From the NCBI GenBank assembly GCA_024704765.1, contig JAKMXF010000345.1:1-64000 (forward strand): DNA of 64,000 nucleotides. The letters are read 5' to 3'. How positions within the stretch are numbered: the first letter of the stretch is position 1; every line of letters starts with the position of its first letter. The translations under genes and the position numbers were made by a program. This stretch comes from Oopsacas minuta. Its lineage: Eukaryota > Animalia > Porifera. This document shows positions 63,591-64,000 of this stretch, in pieces. Under the pieces are notes generated by a model that saw nothing but the letters and a program-made list of their open reading frames with translations, did not search any database and was not told where the DNA came from.

Positions 63591-64000
63591 GTGAGTATTA
63601 TTGAGGGGTTGTCGAATTGTCGAGCACTTAAAAGTGGCAGTTCAGTAGCCATGAACGGCAAAGTATCGATCGTATGACTCAAATTAGTACAGGACCAATA
63701 TTTTACCGTTCAAAAAAGTGCTGTTGCTTAGTATTTTAAGATTCTTGTTAAGTAACACCATGTACACTCATATCGTAGTATTTGAGGAGAGTATAGAATT
63801 CTGAGATTTATGTATGTAACACGAATTGTACATGTGGTTCATTGTAATTTGGTGGTAAATGTGTGCTGAGATTCTGTGTGTCCATGGTGTTACTTAATAC
63901 TACGCATCAGTTCTATCCCTGGAGAGTCCCCTAGTATTATTGTACAGAATTGGAATTCCGCGAATTTCGTTGTTTTATATGATAGCTGTATTAAATTGAG

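Noticed and set aside
1-64000. CRISPR arrays, tRNA/rRNA/snRNA genes, U12-type introns, autonomous transposases or retroelements
   Set aside because: No regularly spaced direct repeats, no cloverleaf or T-loop context, all reconstructed donors are ordinary GT (none GTATCCTT/ATATCCTT), and no RT, integrase or transposase ORF was seen.

Overview
AT-rich animal DNA (eukaryotic, many short GT-AG introns), not prokaryotic; no CRISPR, rRNA or tRNA was found. The gene set and compact introns suggest an early-branching invertebrate, possibly a sponge, but that is inference only. Genes reconstructed by hand: (1) the 3' end of a receptor-type tyrosine-phosphatase-like gene (<1-1563); (2) a complete 15-exon paralog at 4456-13621 (~1878 aa) with the architecture signal peptide - [CTL-CTL-3 Ig-like exons]x2 - further Ig-like exons - TM - Tyr-rich tail with an ITAM-like motif - one PTP domain degenerate at all catalytic motifs; the two paralogs lie in a ~12.06 kb-period tandem duplication; (3) two near-identical intronless Sulfotransfer_2 (CHST8-14/HNK-1ST-like) genes forming a tail-to-tail inverted duplication with Helitron-like DNA at its centre; (4) a 3-repeat gelsolin/severin-like gene; (5) intronless BMS1; (6) 14-exon SF3B3; (7) 7-exon EFHC2; (8) the 5' part of a DH-domain RhoGEF. 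Introns and spacers are packed with non-autonomous DNA elements from several superfamilies (8-bp TSD hAT-like, TA-TSD Tc1/mariner-like, 9-bp MULE-like, 4-bp TGT..ACA Ginger-like, one 6-bp TSD element, Helitron/Helentron-like); no transposase ORF is present. Best leads: the tandemly duplicated lectin/Ig receptor with ITAM-like tail and pseudophosphatase next to a duplicated glycan sulfotransferase, and splice-acceptor-like AGs just before the ATG of several co-directional genes (possible spliced-leader trans-splicing or operon).
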